From a virus: DNA of 64,000 bases. Below, in pieces: positions 17,871-26,877 of the stretch. A program made the translations under genes and the position numbers. Location: positions 48,404-112,403 of the IMG/VR virus record IMGVR_UViG_3300037225_000856. One strand, 5' to 3'. Position 1 is the stretch's first letter. The number at the start of each line of letters is the position of its first letter. A model generated the notes under the pieces. That model made no database searches. It saw only the letters and a list, made by a program, of their open reading frames with translations, and was not told the origin of the DNA.

Positions 17871-20800
17871 TGGATAAAGTAAAAGTTTTAGGTGAAATTA
17901 AAAGTTTTTTAGAAGGTTATAATAGTGATTTAAAGTATCTTGTAAATGTTGAAACAAATGTTGATAATAATTTTGCTGAATGTATTATACATGAACCAAA
18001 TCAAGAGCCAAGAATTGAACATATAAAATATGAAAATTTCATGTATATGAAAGACTTATCAAAATTTGATCGTGAATTATATAAAGGTAAAGATAAAGAA
18101 TATATTAATAGTCAAAAAATAAAACATGGAATTACAATTACCAAATTAAAAACTGGTAATGAAAAGAGATTAGTGGATGGGTATTGTTATAAGGTGACAA
18201 GTTCCAGATCATATAATGATATTTTAAATTATTTTACAGAAGGTGGTACTAATCCTTTCGAAAAAGAAAAAGATAAAAATGGTAATTTTGTTAGAAATAA
18301 AAAAGGTGATTTAGTTTATCCACAACGTAGTCTTTTTTATTCTGTAAAAACAACTGAACAATTCTTTATTTCAAGACAAGCAAGATTATATAAGGGATTT
18401 GAAGAATATAAAAATGTTCATAGACTTACATTTGATATTGAAACTTTCGGTTTAAGATATCAAATTGCAAGAATGTTTGCTATTGGTGTTAGAGATAATA
18501 GAGGTTTTGAAACTATACTTGAAGTTGAAAAATTGAATGATGATGAATCAGAAATAAAGTTAATACAGAAATTTTTTAATTTAATTATTCAATTAAAACC
18601 TGCAATTGTATCGGGATTTAACTCTGAAATGTTTGACTTTGAATTCATTTTAGGTAGAGCTAAAATACTAAAAATGGATATGTCTAAAATTCCAACAGGA
18701 TTCAAAGAAGGTATTCAATTAAAAAGAAAACCAAATACACCTGTTAAATATGGGAATACCCCTGATAAATATACCGCTACTGAAATGTGGGGAATTTCAA
18801 TTATTGATATAATACATGCTGTAAAAAGAACTGCAGCAGTTAATAGTGAAATAAAAGCAAATGGTTTAAAATATATTGCAAAATTTGAAAAAATAGCAAA
18901 ACCAAACAGAACATATATTAAAGGAGAAGACAATTCTATTGGTAAATTTTATTCAGATAATAAAATATTTGTTATTGATGAAAATAATAATTATTTGCAA
19001 ATACCTGAAATGTATCAGGAAATTACAAAAAAACTTTATAATTTACAAATAGAAAAAGTAATATTATCTAAAGAAGAACATAATATAAAAAAAACTAATA
19101 TTCTTAAAGAAGCTCCAGACTTTGTTAAATGGTTCAGAAAAGAAGCACTTCCAAAAAAATTAACAACATTTATTGAGGGGAAAAATCTTGTAAAACAATA
19201 TCTTCTTGATGACTTATGGGAAACCGAACAGGTTGATGAATTATACAATCAATCATCATTTATGTTGGCTAAAATTGTTCCTACAACATATCATAGAATT
19301 TGTACAATGGGTACAGCAGGAATTTGGAACTTACTTATGACAGCATGGAGTTATGAGAATAACTTAGCAATTCCATATCCAGATAAATATGAAAGGTATT
19401 CAGGTGGATTGGCAAGATGTTATAAATCAGGATTTTCAAAAAGAATTGTAAAAATTGATTATGCAGGTCTTTATCCTGCAATACAATTAACTGAAGATGT
19501 ATTTCCAATATTTGATATTACTGGTGCTATGAAAATGATGTTGTTGTATCTTACAACAACTCGTAATATTTATAAAAAATTAGCAAACAGTACTGAATTA
19601 AATTCTGAAGAAATTGAATTATTTAAACAAATCGACCCTGAAATGCATCATAAATTCATTAATAAAGAATTTACTCCTGCAGATATTGCAATGTTCAAAA
19701 TTAAACAATTACCTATTAAAATTTTAAATAACTCACAATATGGCGCATTTGGTTCGAACGTTTCATTTAACTGGTCAGATAATATTTGTGCAGCACGTAT
19801 CACATGTACAGCCAGATTACATTTAAGACATGCAATTTATTGGTTTAGCAAATTTAATTGTATTGCATTACTTGCAGTAACTGATGGTATAAATTTTCAA
19901 TATCCTGAAAAAACAAACATTAGAATAACCGATGAGGGAACAATTGAGGGAACAATTGAGGGATTAATTGAAGAAATGTGGCAATATGGTGGTAAAACTG
20001 GTATTAATGCTTTAATTGAGAAATACAATAAGGAGGAAATGACTGATAAAAATGAATCAGTTGGTAAGGGAAATTATATGTCGGTCGATAATGATGGAGA
20101 GGCACTTGCATGTTTTAATCTTTCAAGAATCAATTATGCAACATTATCACTGGTTAAAGATAAGAAAACTGATGAAATGAAAGAAAAAATCAAATTAACT
20201 GGTAATACAATTAAATCTAAAATAATACCAGAATACATTGAAGATTTCATTGATACAGGATTAAATTTAATTCTTCATGGTAAAGGTAATGAGTTTCTTA
20301 CCTACTATAATGAATATGCAAAAAATCTTTATCATCAACGAATTCCACTGAAGAAAATTGCAAGTAAGAGTAAAATAAAAAATAGTATAGATACTTATAA
20401 AAAAAGAGGAAAAGATAAAAATGGTAGAGAAAAAGGAATGCAAGCACATATGGAATTATTGATTGAAAAAAGAAATAAGATTGCTGAAGAATTATTTGAA
20501 AAATATAAAACAACATTAGGACATGGCAAATCTAAAGAAAATTTATCAATTGATGAAAAAATGAAATTGGTTACTAATTATATGCCATCAGAACCTGAAT
20601 TGGATAGCGTTGTTTATTATGTGAATACAGGTACTAAAAAATCGGAAGGTAATTCAAGAAAAATTGTTGTTAATAAAGAAACAGGCGAAGAAAGGTTTTG
20701 TGCAACATTAATCAGTACTGAAGATTTACAAGAAAATCCAAATATGACAGGTCAATATAATGTGGAAAGATATTTAGATGCTTTTAATAAAAGAGTTAAA

Positions 20801-21637
20801 GTACTTTTAGTTGGATTTGAACCAGAAACCGCTAAAAATTTTCTCTCTAAAATAGTAACTGCTAAAACTAAAGTAAATGTTGATGAACCAGTTGTTGATG
20901 AATTAGTTAAAACTAAAAAGGTTAAAACTAAAACTAAAACTGTTAAAGAAATAAAATTTGAACAAGCAGATTCTACATTATTAAATTTGGAATTAAAAAA
21001 TTTTGATCTTAATGACTTTGATGAATCAATGTATTTGGAAGAATTGGAAGTTAATTTTTGGAATAAAACAGGATATGACCCAAGAAAAATATGGAATGGA
21101 TTTAAAATGTTTGATGATAATAAAATTTATTATGAAATATATGATAATGCTTTAAAATATTTAAACGGATTAATGACTGCAAGTAATAAATCAAAAATTA
21201 AATCAATAAATGATGAACATGAAAAGGGCGATCTAATTTTAATTAAAAATGGTGGTGAATATAATGTTGGCGCATTTAATGGTGTTTTTATTGAAATAAT
21301 CAAAGAAAATGTTGTTATTCCTAAAGGCGAACTCGAATTAGAATTTGATAAGAAAGAAGAGGAAAAAGCAAAAAAACTTAAAGAAACTGAGTTGGAACAA
21401 GTAGAAAAAAACGAAGAAAAGAAAAATTTAGAAATTTTAAAAAATAAAAGAACAAAATATTTTAAACGATTTAAAAAACGCTTTAAGATTGCTGAAAATA
21501 TTACAATGGAGAAATTTTTAAAAACCGATGATGTAGCTCTTGATGATCTTGATTTGTATATTAGGCAAATGGAAGGTATAGAGGAAGAAGAAGCTAATGA
21601 ATATTTAGGTTTTGATATTGATAGCGAAACTTTTTGA
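17870..21637 (+). CDS. polB: DNA polymerase family B with 3'-5' exonuclease
   Basis: ExoI FDIET, ExoII FNSEMFD, ExoIII YLLDD; motif A DYAGLYP, motif B KILNNSQYG, variant motif C AVTDG. Confidence 0.92.
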   Translation: MDKVKVLGEIKSFLEGYNSDLKYLVNVETNVDNNFAECIIHEPNQEPRIEHIKYENFMYMKDLSKFDRELYKGKDKEYINSQKIKHGITITKLKTGNEKRLVDGYCYKVTSSRSYNDILNYFTEGGTNPFEKEKDKNGNFVRNKKGDLVYPQRSLFYSVKTTEQFFISRQARLYKGFEEYKNVHRLTFDIETFGLRYQIARMFAIGVRDNRGFETILEVEKLNDDESEIKLIQKFFNLIIQLKPAIVSGFNSEMFDFEFILGRAKILKMDMSKIPTGFKEGIQLKRKPNTPVKYGNTPDKYTATEMWGISIIDIIHAVKRTAAVNSEIKANGLKYIAKFEKIAKPNRTYIKGEDNSIGKFYSDNKIFVIDENNNYLQIPEMYQEITKKLYNLQIEKVILSKEEHNIKKTNILKEAPDFVKWFRKEALPKKLTTFIEGKNLVKQYLLDDLWETEQVDELYNQSSFMLAKIVPTTYHRICTMGTAGIWNLLMTAWSYENNLAIPYPDKYERYSGGLARCYKSGFSKRIVKIDYAGLYPAIQLTEDVFPIFDITGAMKMMLLYLTTTRNIYKKLANSTELNSEEIELFKQIDPEMHHKFINKEFTPADIAMFKIKQLPIKILNNSQYGAFGSNVSFNWSDNICAARITCTARLHLRHAIYWFSKFNCIALLAVTDGINFQYPEKTNIRITDEGTIEGTIEGLIEEMWQYGGKTGINALIEKYNKEEMTDKNESVGKGNYMSVDNDGEALACFNLSRINYATLSLVKDKKTDEMKEKIKLTGNTIKSKIIPEYIEDFIDTGLNLILHGKGNEFLTYYNEYAKNLYHQRIPLKKIASKSKIKNSIDTYKKRGKDKNGREKGMQAHMELLIEKRNKIAEELFEKYKTTLGHGKSKENLSIDEKMKLVTNYMPSEPELDSVVYYVNTGTKKSEGNSRKIVVNKETGEERFCATLISTEDLQENPNMTGQYNVERYLDAFNKRVKVLLVGFEPETAKNFLSKIVTAKTKVNVDEPVVDELVKTKKVKTKTKTVKEIKFEQADSTLLNLELKNFDLNDFDESMYLEELEVNFWNKTGYDPRKIWNGFKMFDDNKIYYEIYDNALKYLNGLMTASNKSKIKSINDEHEKGDLILIKNGGEYNVGAFNGVFIEIIKENVVIPKGELELEFDKKEEEKAKKLKETELEQVEKNEEKKNLEILKNKRTKYFKRFKKRFKIAENITMEKFLKTDDVALDDLDLYIRQMEGIEEEEANEYLGFDIDSETF

Positions 21638-21675
21638 TATTGACAGCGATGATGGTACATTATAAACTTTTAATA

Positions 21676-21684
21676 GTATTTATA
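21676..21684 (+). promoter_or_regulatory. Putative late promoter GTATTTATA
   Basis: 16 nt before ATG 21701. Confidence 0.65.
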
Positions 21685-21700
21685 AGAAAAATATGTACTC

Positions 21701-22351
21701 ATGAAAATAAAAAAAATACAATTATTTGAAATTATCGATTCAAATGGTGAACTGATTGGAAAGAATGACGTACCTTCAACCGGTGCTGATTTAGAATCAG
21801 GAGCAAACAATACTACAGACTATAACTCAAAAATTGGTCAACAACCATTCAGATACGACATGTTAGGAAGATTTGGGTTCACTTTACTTCCTTTCTTCGA
21901 AGGTAAAGAAGATCAGAGTCAAAAAGAATTATTAAAAGATTTAGCACAACTCATGCACGATAAGCACATAGATACTTTACAATATTATTATAAAAATCCT
22001 AATCTCCTAAAGTCTGATTATAGAAAACATTCAGCAGGCGAAGAACATTCAGAACAGTGTGAAAAAGAAGATATTGCATGGGCAAGAAAAATCATCAAAG
22101 CCGTTGAACCACATTTTGAAAAAGCATTTAAAGAACCAATTGATGAAGTTGATTCTATAAATGAAGAAAAAATTGCCGAAGATAATGTAGCCGAAGATAA
22201 ACTTGTAGACAAAAGGGATGAAGATGAAATATCTCAAAAAGCTGAAGATAATGATATAAAAGACAAAAAACTTGAAAAGATTGCTGGTCTTATAAGTAAA
22301 TTAGATCAACAGGATAAAGATAAGCTCGCAAACTTGTTAGAAAGAAAATAA
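21701..22351 (+). CDS. Hypothetical acidic protein, candidate internal head protein
   Basis: 10-aa N-terminus MKIKKIQLFE; INE/IAE/VAE motifs in the acidic tail; late motif upstream. Confidence 0.55.
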   Translation: MKIKKIQLFEIIDSNGELIGKNDVPSTGADLESGANNTTDYNSKIGQQPFRYDMLGRFGFTLLPFFEGKEDQSQKELLKDLAQLMHDKHIDTLQYYYKNPNLLKSDYRKHSAGEEHSEQCEKEDIAWARKIIKAVEPHFEKAFKEPIDEVDSINEEKIAEDNVAEDKLVDKRDEDEISQKAEDNDIKDKKLEKIAGLISKLDQQDKDKLANLLERK

Positions 22352-22366
22352 AAATTTAAAAAGTTT

Positions 22367-22397
22367 ATTGCAAATCTACATAAAATTTATATCTTTG
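22367..22397 (+). promoter_or_regulatory. Bacteroidota-type promoter (ATTG-N19-TATCTTTG)
   Basis: Immediately upstream of the endonuclease at 22405. Confidence 0.6.
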
Positions 22398-22404
22398 TAT
22401 AAAA

Positions 22405-24108
22405 ATGAAAAGTGATTTTTCAAAATTTCTTAATGGTGGCTATAAAGGAATATCTCAAATAAGAAATAAATTTCCTAATGAATATAATAACATTATAAAA
22501 TTCAATCAAAATTTTGGAGATATTCATTGGGGGCAAAAACTATATAATTATGTTAATAATTTAATTTTATTGCCCACATGTAAATGTGGAAATAGTGTTA
22601 AATTTTATAAATTTAACAAGGGATATGCCATATATTGTTCGAGTAAATGCAGATATGAAGATACTGAATTAAAATTAAAAATAAAACAATCGTTTTTAGC
22701 AAAATATGGCGTTGAAAATCCTTTACAATCTCCAGAAGTGCAAAAAAAACGAAAAGCATTGTTTTTTGAAAAACACGGAGTTGAACATCAATCACAATTA
22801 GCAGAGGTAAAAGAAAAAAGGAAACAAACAAATCTTGAAAGATTTGGCACGACAACAAATTTATTGTGCGAAGATACTAAAAAGAAAATAAAGATTACAA
22901 ATTTAAAGAAATTTGGTGTTGAACATAATTCACAATGTGAAGAAATTAAAGAAAAAAAGAAACAAACAAGTTTAAAAAATTGTGGTTTTGAATATAATTT
23001 TCAATCATCTGAATTTAGAAAACTTTCTAAAGTGTCAAACAATGAAAAATATTTAAAAAAAATATCGGAATTATTAAAATGTAATGTAAATGATATAAGC
23101 GTCAATGACAATATAATTACAGTTAAAAAATATTGTGAAAAACACGATTCATTTGAAATTACAAAACAAAATTTATATAGTCGATTTATCACATATAAAC
23201 AAATAAATTTTTGTACTAAATGTTATCCCATAAATGATAATATTTCAATAAAAGAAAAAGAATTAAAAAATTTTATTGACGAATTAATAATTAATAACAT
23301 AAAAAATTCTAAAAAAATAATTAATCCACAAGAAATCGACATCTATATACCTGAATATAAATTAGGTATTGAACTTGATGGTTTATATTGGCATAACGAT
23401 ATTGCAAAAGATAAAAATTATCATTTAAATAAAACTGAAGAATGTGAAAAACAGGGAATTCAACTATTACATATTTTTGAAGATGAATGGATTTATAAAA
23501 AAGAAATTGTAAAAAGTATTATTAAGTCTAAGTTAAATCTAATTGAAAATAAAATATTTGGAAGAAAATGCATCATTAAAGAAATTGATAACATATTAAG
23601 TTCTGATTTTTTAAAAACTAATCATATACAAGGATTTGTTGGAAGTAAAATTAAACTGGGTTTATTTTATAATAACGAACTAGTTTCAATAATGACTTTC
23701 GGTAAAAAAAGAATTAGTATGGGCAATAAACAACCAACAGATGAAGAATATGAAATGTTAAGATTTTGTAATAAGCTCAATACAAGCGTTATTGGTGGAG
23801 CAAGTAAATTATTGAGTTATTTTATAAAGAACTATCAACCAAAATTTATTTTAACTTTCGCAGATCGTAGATATTCAAATGGTAACCTGTATGAAAAATT
23901 AGGATTTAAGTTTATTGGTAACAGCAGACCTAATTATTGGTATTTTAAACAAAATGAATTAATCAGATATCATCGCTTTAACTTTAGAAAAGATAAATTA
24001 GTTAAAGAAGGTTATGATTTAAATAAAACTGAACATCAAATTATGGCAGAAAGAGAGTATTTATCTATACATGATTGTGGTAACATGAAATTTGAAATGA
24101 AATTTTAG
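22405..24108 (+). CDS. Putative homing endonuclease (KYGVE repeats, IELDGLYWH nuclease, Hef-like C-terminal region)
   Basis: CKCG...YCSSKC; KYGVENP repeats; EIDIYIPEYKLGIELDGLYWH; LLHIFEDEW; GGASKL...ADRRYS. Confidence 0.8.
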   Translation: MKSDFSKFLNGGYKGISQIRNKFPNEYNNIIKFNQNFGDIHWGQKLYNYVNNLILLPTCKCGNSVKFYKFNKGYAIYCSSKCRYEDTELKLKIKQSFLAKYGVENPLQSPEVQKKRKALFFEKHGVEHQSQLAEVKEKRKQTNLERFGTTTNLLCEDTKKKIKITNLKKFGVEHNSQCEEIKEKKKQTSLKNCGFEYNFQSSEFRKLSKVSNNEKYLKKISELLKCNVNDISVNDNIITVKKYCEKHDSFEITKQNLYSRFITYKQINFCTKCYPINDNISIKEKELKNFIDELIINNIKNSKKIINPQEIDIYIPEYKLGIELDGLYWHNDIAKDKNYHLNKTEECEKQGIQLLHIFEDEWIYKKEIVKSIIKSKLNLIENKIFGRKCIIKEIDNILSSDFLKTNHIQGFVGSKIKLGLFYNNELVSIMTFGKKRISMGNKQPTDEEYEMLRFCNKLNTSVIGGASKLLSYFIKNYQPKFILTFADRRYSNGNLYEKLGFKFIGNSRPNYWYFKQNELIRYHRFNFRKDKLVKEGYDLNKTEHQIMAEREYLSIHDCGNMKFEMKF

Positions 24109-24130
24109 ATTAAAGAAAATAAAAGAAGTA

Positions 24131-24901
24131 ATGGCAAACCAAGAATTATATGATAAGACGTATTCTGTGCCCCCAGATGTGTTAAATAGTATTCAAGCAG
24201 CACTTATATCCAATCCGAACAATAGTGGTACAAAACGAGCTAAATTCATAATTAGAAATGGCGCATTAACTTATCAAGCAATGAAAAGATTGAAGAATTT
24301 TTTTGATTATTTTAATTCGCAGACTGGAGATAAAATGCAATATGTTCTTGCTGGCGGAAATGCAATGAAACAATTTATTGAAAGAACTTTAGCAAGCGAC
24401 AGGGTAGGTGTTGAACAATCGAAAAAAGTAAAACAAATGTATAATGTTGACCCGATGTTAGGAACAAAGCCAGCACAGACACCACAATTAAATGAAGATA
24501 AAAAAGAATTGAAAAAGAATGCAGTTGCTGTTATTGTTGACAATGATAATAAAATATTGTTACTTAAAAGAGGGAATAAAGTACTTTGGATGCCTTCAAA
24601 ATGGGGATTGGTTGGTGGTGGGATTGAGAAAAATGAAACACCTAAACAAGCAATTGAAAGAGAAATAACAGAAGAAACAGGATTGGAAATAAAAAAATTT
24701 ATTAAATCATTTAGTATTCAAAGAAATCCAGATAGTATTGAACATATATTTGTTTGTCGATATGATGGTGACCCAACCGATATAAAACTAAATGAAGAAA
24801 ATACAAATTATGGTTGGTATGATGTTGATGAAATGAATTTCTTGGATATTGTGCCAAACCTGATTGAATATATAAATTTAGTTTTCACAAAATATGATTA
24901 A
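24131..24901 (+). CDS. Two-domain protein with C-terminal Nudix hydrolase
   Basis: Canonical Nudix box GGGIEKNETPKQAIEREITEETGL; QLNE linker precedes the domain. Confidence 0.85.
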   Translation: MANQELYDKTYSVPPDVLNSIQAALISNPNNSGTKRAKFIIRNGALTYQAMKRLKNFFDYFNSQTGDKMQYVLAGGNAMKQFIERTLASDRVGVEQSKKVKQMYNVDPMLGTKPAQTPQLNEDKKELKKNAVAVIVDNDNKILLLKRGNKVLWMPSKWGLVGGGIEKNETPKQAIEREITEETGLEIKKFIKSFSIQRNPDSIEHIFVCRYDGDPTDIKLNEENTNYGWYDVDEMNFLDIVPNLIEYINLVFTKYD

Positions 24902-24904
24902 ATT

Positions 24905-24913
24905 GTATTTATA
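24905..24913 (+). promoter_or_regulatory. Putative late promoter GTATTTATA
   Basis: Upstream of 24945. Confidence 0.6.
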
Positions 24914-24944
24914 GTAAATAATTGAATAAATAAAAAATAAAAAA

Positions 24945-25184
24945 ATGAGCAAATTAGAAGGAGTTAGTTTACAATTTGAAACTTGTAGCATTGCAAAAAA
25001 TCGTTACACATGTAATGATCAATATAATACTGGCAACCCAGATGCATTATCTGATGGTGACGTACAAGGCAAAGGTGAATTGAACGGTAGTATTGGTAGT
25101 TGTGATGATATTAAGGACAGAACTTGTGAACTTACAAAAAATATATATCAGCAGGGTACTCAATATACTGCAACTACAGCATAA
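24945..25184 (+). CDS. Small hypothetical protein
   Basis: PDALSDGD..GKG motif; late motif upstream; coupled to the next gene. Confidence 0.6.
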   Translation: MSKLEGVSLQFETCSIAKNRYTCNDQYNTGNPDALSDGDVQGKGELNGSIGSCDDIKDRTCELTKNIYQQGTQYTATTA

Positions 25185-26086
25185 TGATTAATGAGTTAGA
25201 AATACTATTTAATAACGTCAAGCATTTCCGTCAATTATTAACAGAAGGCGTTAGTGATAAGGTTATTGTCGATGCCATTAATCAACATAAATTTCTTTAT
25301 ATTTATTATAAAGGGGAAAATACGATTGAAACTGGCTATCGAACAATAAGACCTTTTGTATTAGGCGTAAACACAAGCGGTAATTTAGCACTTAGAGCAT
25401 GGCAGGACAAAGGTAGAAGTGATAGCCTTAGATCAGATTCTCCAAGAAATAGATTACATCATGAACATGAAGTAGATACGGATGGATTGACAAAACCGGG
25501 TTGGCGATTGTTTCTTGTTAACAATATAACTTCTGCAATACCAACAGGTAAAAGATTTATTGATGCTCAAGGAAATGTTGAAATACCAACAGGATATAAA
25601 GAAAATGATAAAGATATGACAGGTGGTATAATTGCATCTGTTACATCTGGCGGTAAAATACCTGTGGGCGGTATACCAACAACAAGACAAAAATTGCCGA
25701 GATGGGACAAATATAAAAACGCAGATAAAAATAACCGACAAATTACAAAAGCAGATGTTCTTGGATTAAATGATATTGCCAAAAGAGTTATGAAAAAACC
25801 CATCACGGATTTTTTTGTTGCAATTGATAATAAAAACAATTTTAATTTACAGGATGTAAGAACTAAACTTAATTTTCCACAAAATGCATATGTGGATGAT
25901 TTAAGTAATTTATATAATAGGCTTGTTATGAAAACACCTGTGAATAAAACAGCACAAGATCAGTTTGCAAAAAACCAAAAAGATAAAATGGTAAAAGGTC
26001 TTGCCGAAAAGCAAACTCCACAAAATCCGTCAATATTTAAAGAAAATGAAAATAATCCTATTGTTAAGAAGACTTTTTTCAAATAA
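25184..26086 (+). CDS. WYL-domain protein
   Basis: IYYKG...RTIRPFVLG...LRAW...GWRLFLVNNI is the WYL pattern. Confidence 0.75.
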   Translation: MINELEILFNNVKHFRQLLTEGVSDKVIVDAINQHKFLYIYYKGENTIETGYRTIRPFVLGVNTSGNLALRAWQDKGRSDSLRSDSPRNRLHHEHEVDTDGLTKPGWRLFLVNNITSAIPTGKRFIDAQGNVEIPTGYKENDKDMTGGIIASVTSGGKIPVGGIPTTRQKLPRWDKYKNADKNNRQITKADVLGLNDIAKRVMKKPITDFFVAIDNKNNFNLQDVRTKLNFPQNAYVDDLSNLYNRLVMKTPVNKTAQDQFAKNQKDKMVKGLAEKQTPQNPSIFKENENNPIVKKTFFK

Positions 26087-26090
26087 TAGA

Positions 26091-26099
26091 GTATTTATA
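26091..26099 (+). promoter_or_regulatory. Putative late promoter GTATTTATA
   Basis: Upstream of 26122. Confidence 0.65.
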
Positions 26100-26121
26100 A
26101 AAAAATATAAAATTTTATAAA

Positions 26122-26808
26122 ATGGCAAAACCAGATTTAAATAAACTTAGAACCGAGATAGATAATCGCAAAAGAGAAAGAAACATATCATCATCACCAT
26201 TAGGTGAAAGTACAGGTGCTAATATTGCACCAAGGGATGCTTTTTTATATGAATTGATTAGGTCACACGATACTGGCGTTGAAACACCTGCAACTGATTT
26301 AATTAAATTAGTTGAAAATCAAGTCGCAATTAAAAATAAAGAAACGGTACGACACAATATTAATGAAACTGCTGTTGTTGACAGAGTACCAGCACGTCTT
26401 CCTGTTCAAAACAATAAGCCAGTTGAAATGTCACCTGAAAGAGACGAGCAATTATTCACTGATCTTCAAAATAAAAACAAACAAACATTAGCTGACTCAA
26501 TTGCACCGTATATTGCTGGTGGTCAGAAAAAGAATCTTAATCCAACTGGTGGTGCAGTATCACCAATGAATTTAAATGAAGGTTATTTGGTTGAAAACGT
26601 AAAAAAGATTGTTAATAACTACTTGATTGATATTGATAATTTCGGTCCCGTTGTCGAAGAAGCAATTAAGGGTACAATTATTGAAATGTATGCTGCTGAA
26701 CGAATAAAAGAAGTGCTTACTGAGAACAAAGAAATGATTAGGGGACTTATAATTGATGTCATTAAAGAGATTTCAGACAGAAATAAAGCAAAAAAAGCGC
26801 AATTGTAA
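26122..26808 (+). CDS. Hypothetical protein, candidate head/scaffold-associated
   Basis: Late motif upstream; LGE/LVE/INE/LNE motifs in low-complexity linkers. Confidence 0.5.
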   Translation: MAKPDLNKLRTEIDNRKRERNISSSPLGESTGANIAPRDAFLYELIRSHDTGVETPATDLIKLVENQVAIKNKETVRHNINETAVVDRVPARLPVQNNKPVEMSPERDEQLFTDLQNKNKQTLADSIAPYIAGGQKKNLNPTGGAVSPMNLNEGYLVENVKKIVNNYLIDIDNFGPVVEEAIKGTIIEMYAAERIKEVLTENKEMIRGLIIDVIKEISDRNKAKKAQL

Positions 26809-26821
26809 TTGCGCTTTTTTT
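26791..26821 (+). terminator. Rho-independent terminator (possibly bidirectional)
   Basis: AAAAAAGCGCAATT-GT-AATTGCGCTTTTTT perfect inverted repeat. Confidence 0.85.
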
Positions 26822-26845
26822 CGCAATTTTTTTACAGCTAAGTTT

Positions 26846-26854
26846 GTATTTATA
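26846..26854 (+). promoter_or_regulatory. Putative late promoter GTATTTATA
   Basis: Upstream of 26878, just after the terminator. Confidence 0.65.
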
Positions 26855-26877
26855 AATATACTACAAATAGTTACAGC

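Noticed and set aside
17870-21637. Intein or intron in the long PolB
   Set aside because: No C/S...HN-C/S/T splice motifs or LAGLIDADG blocks were seen; the extra length comes from K/E-rich insertions and a C-terminal extension.
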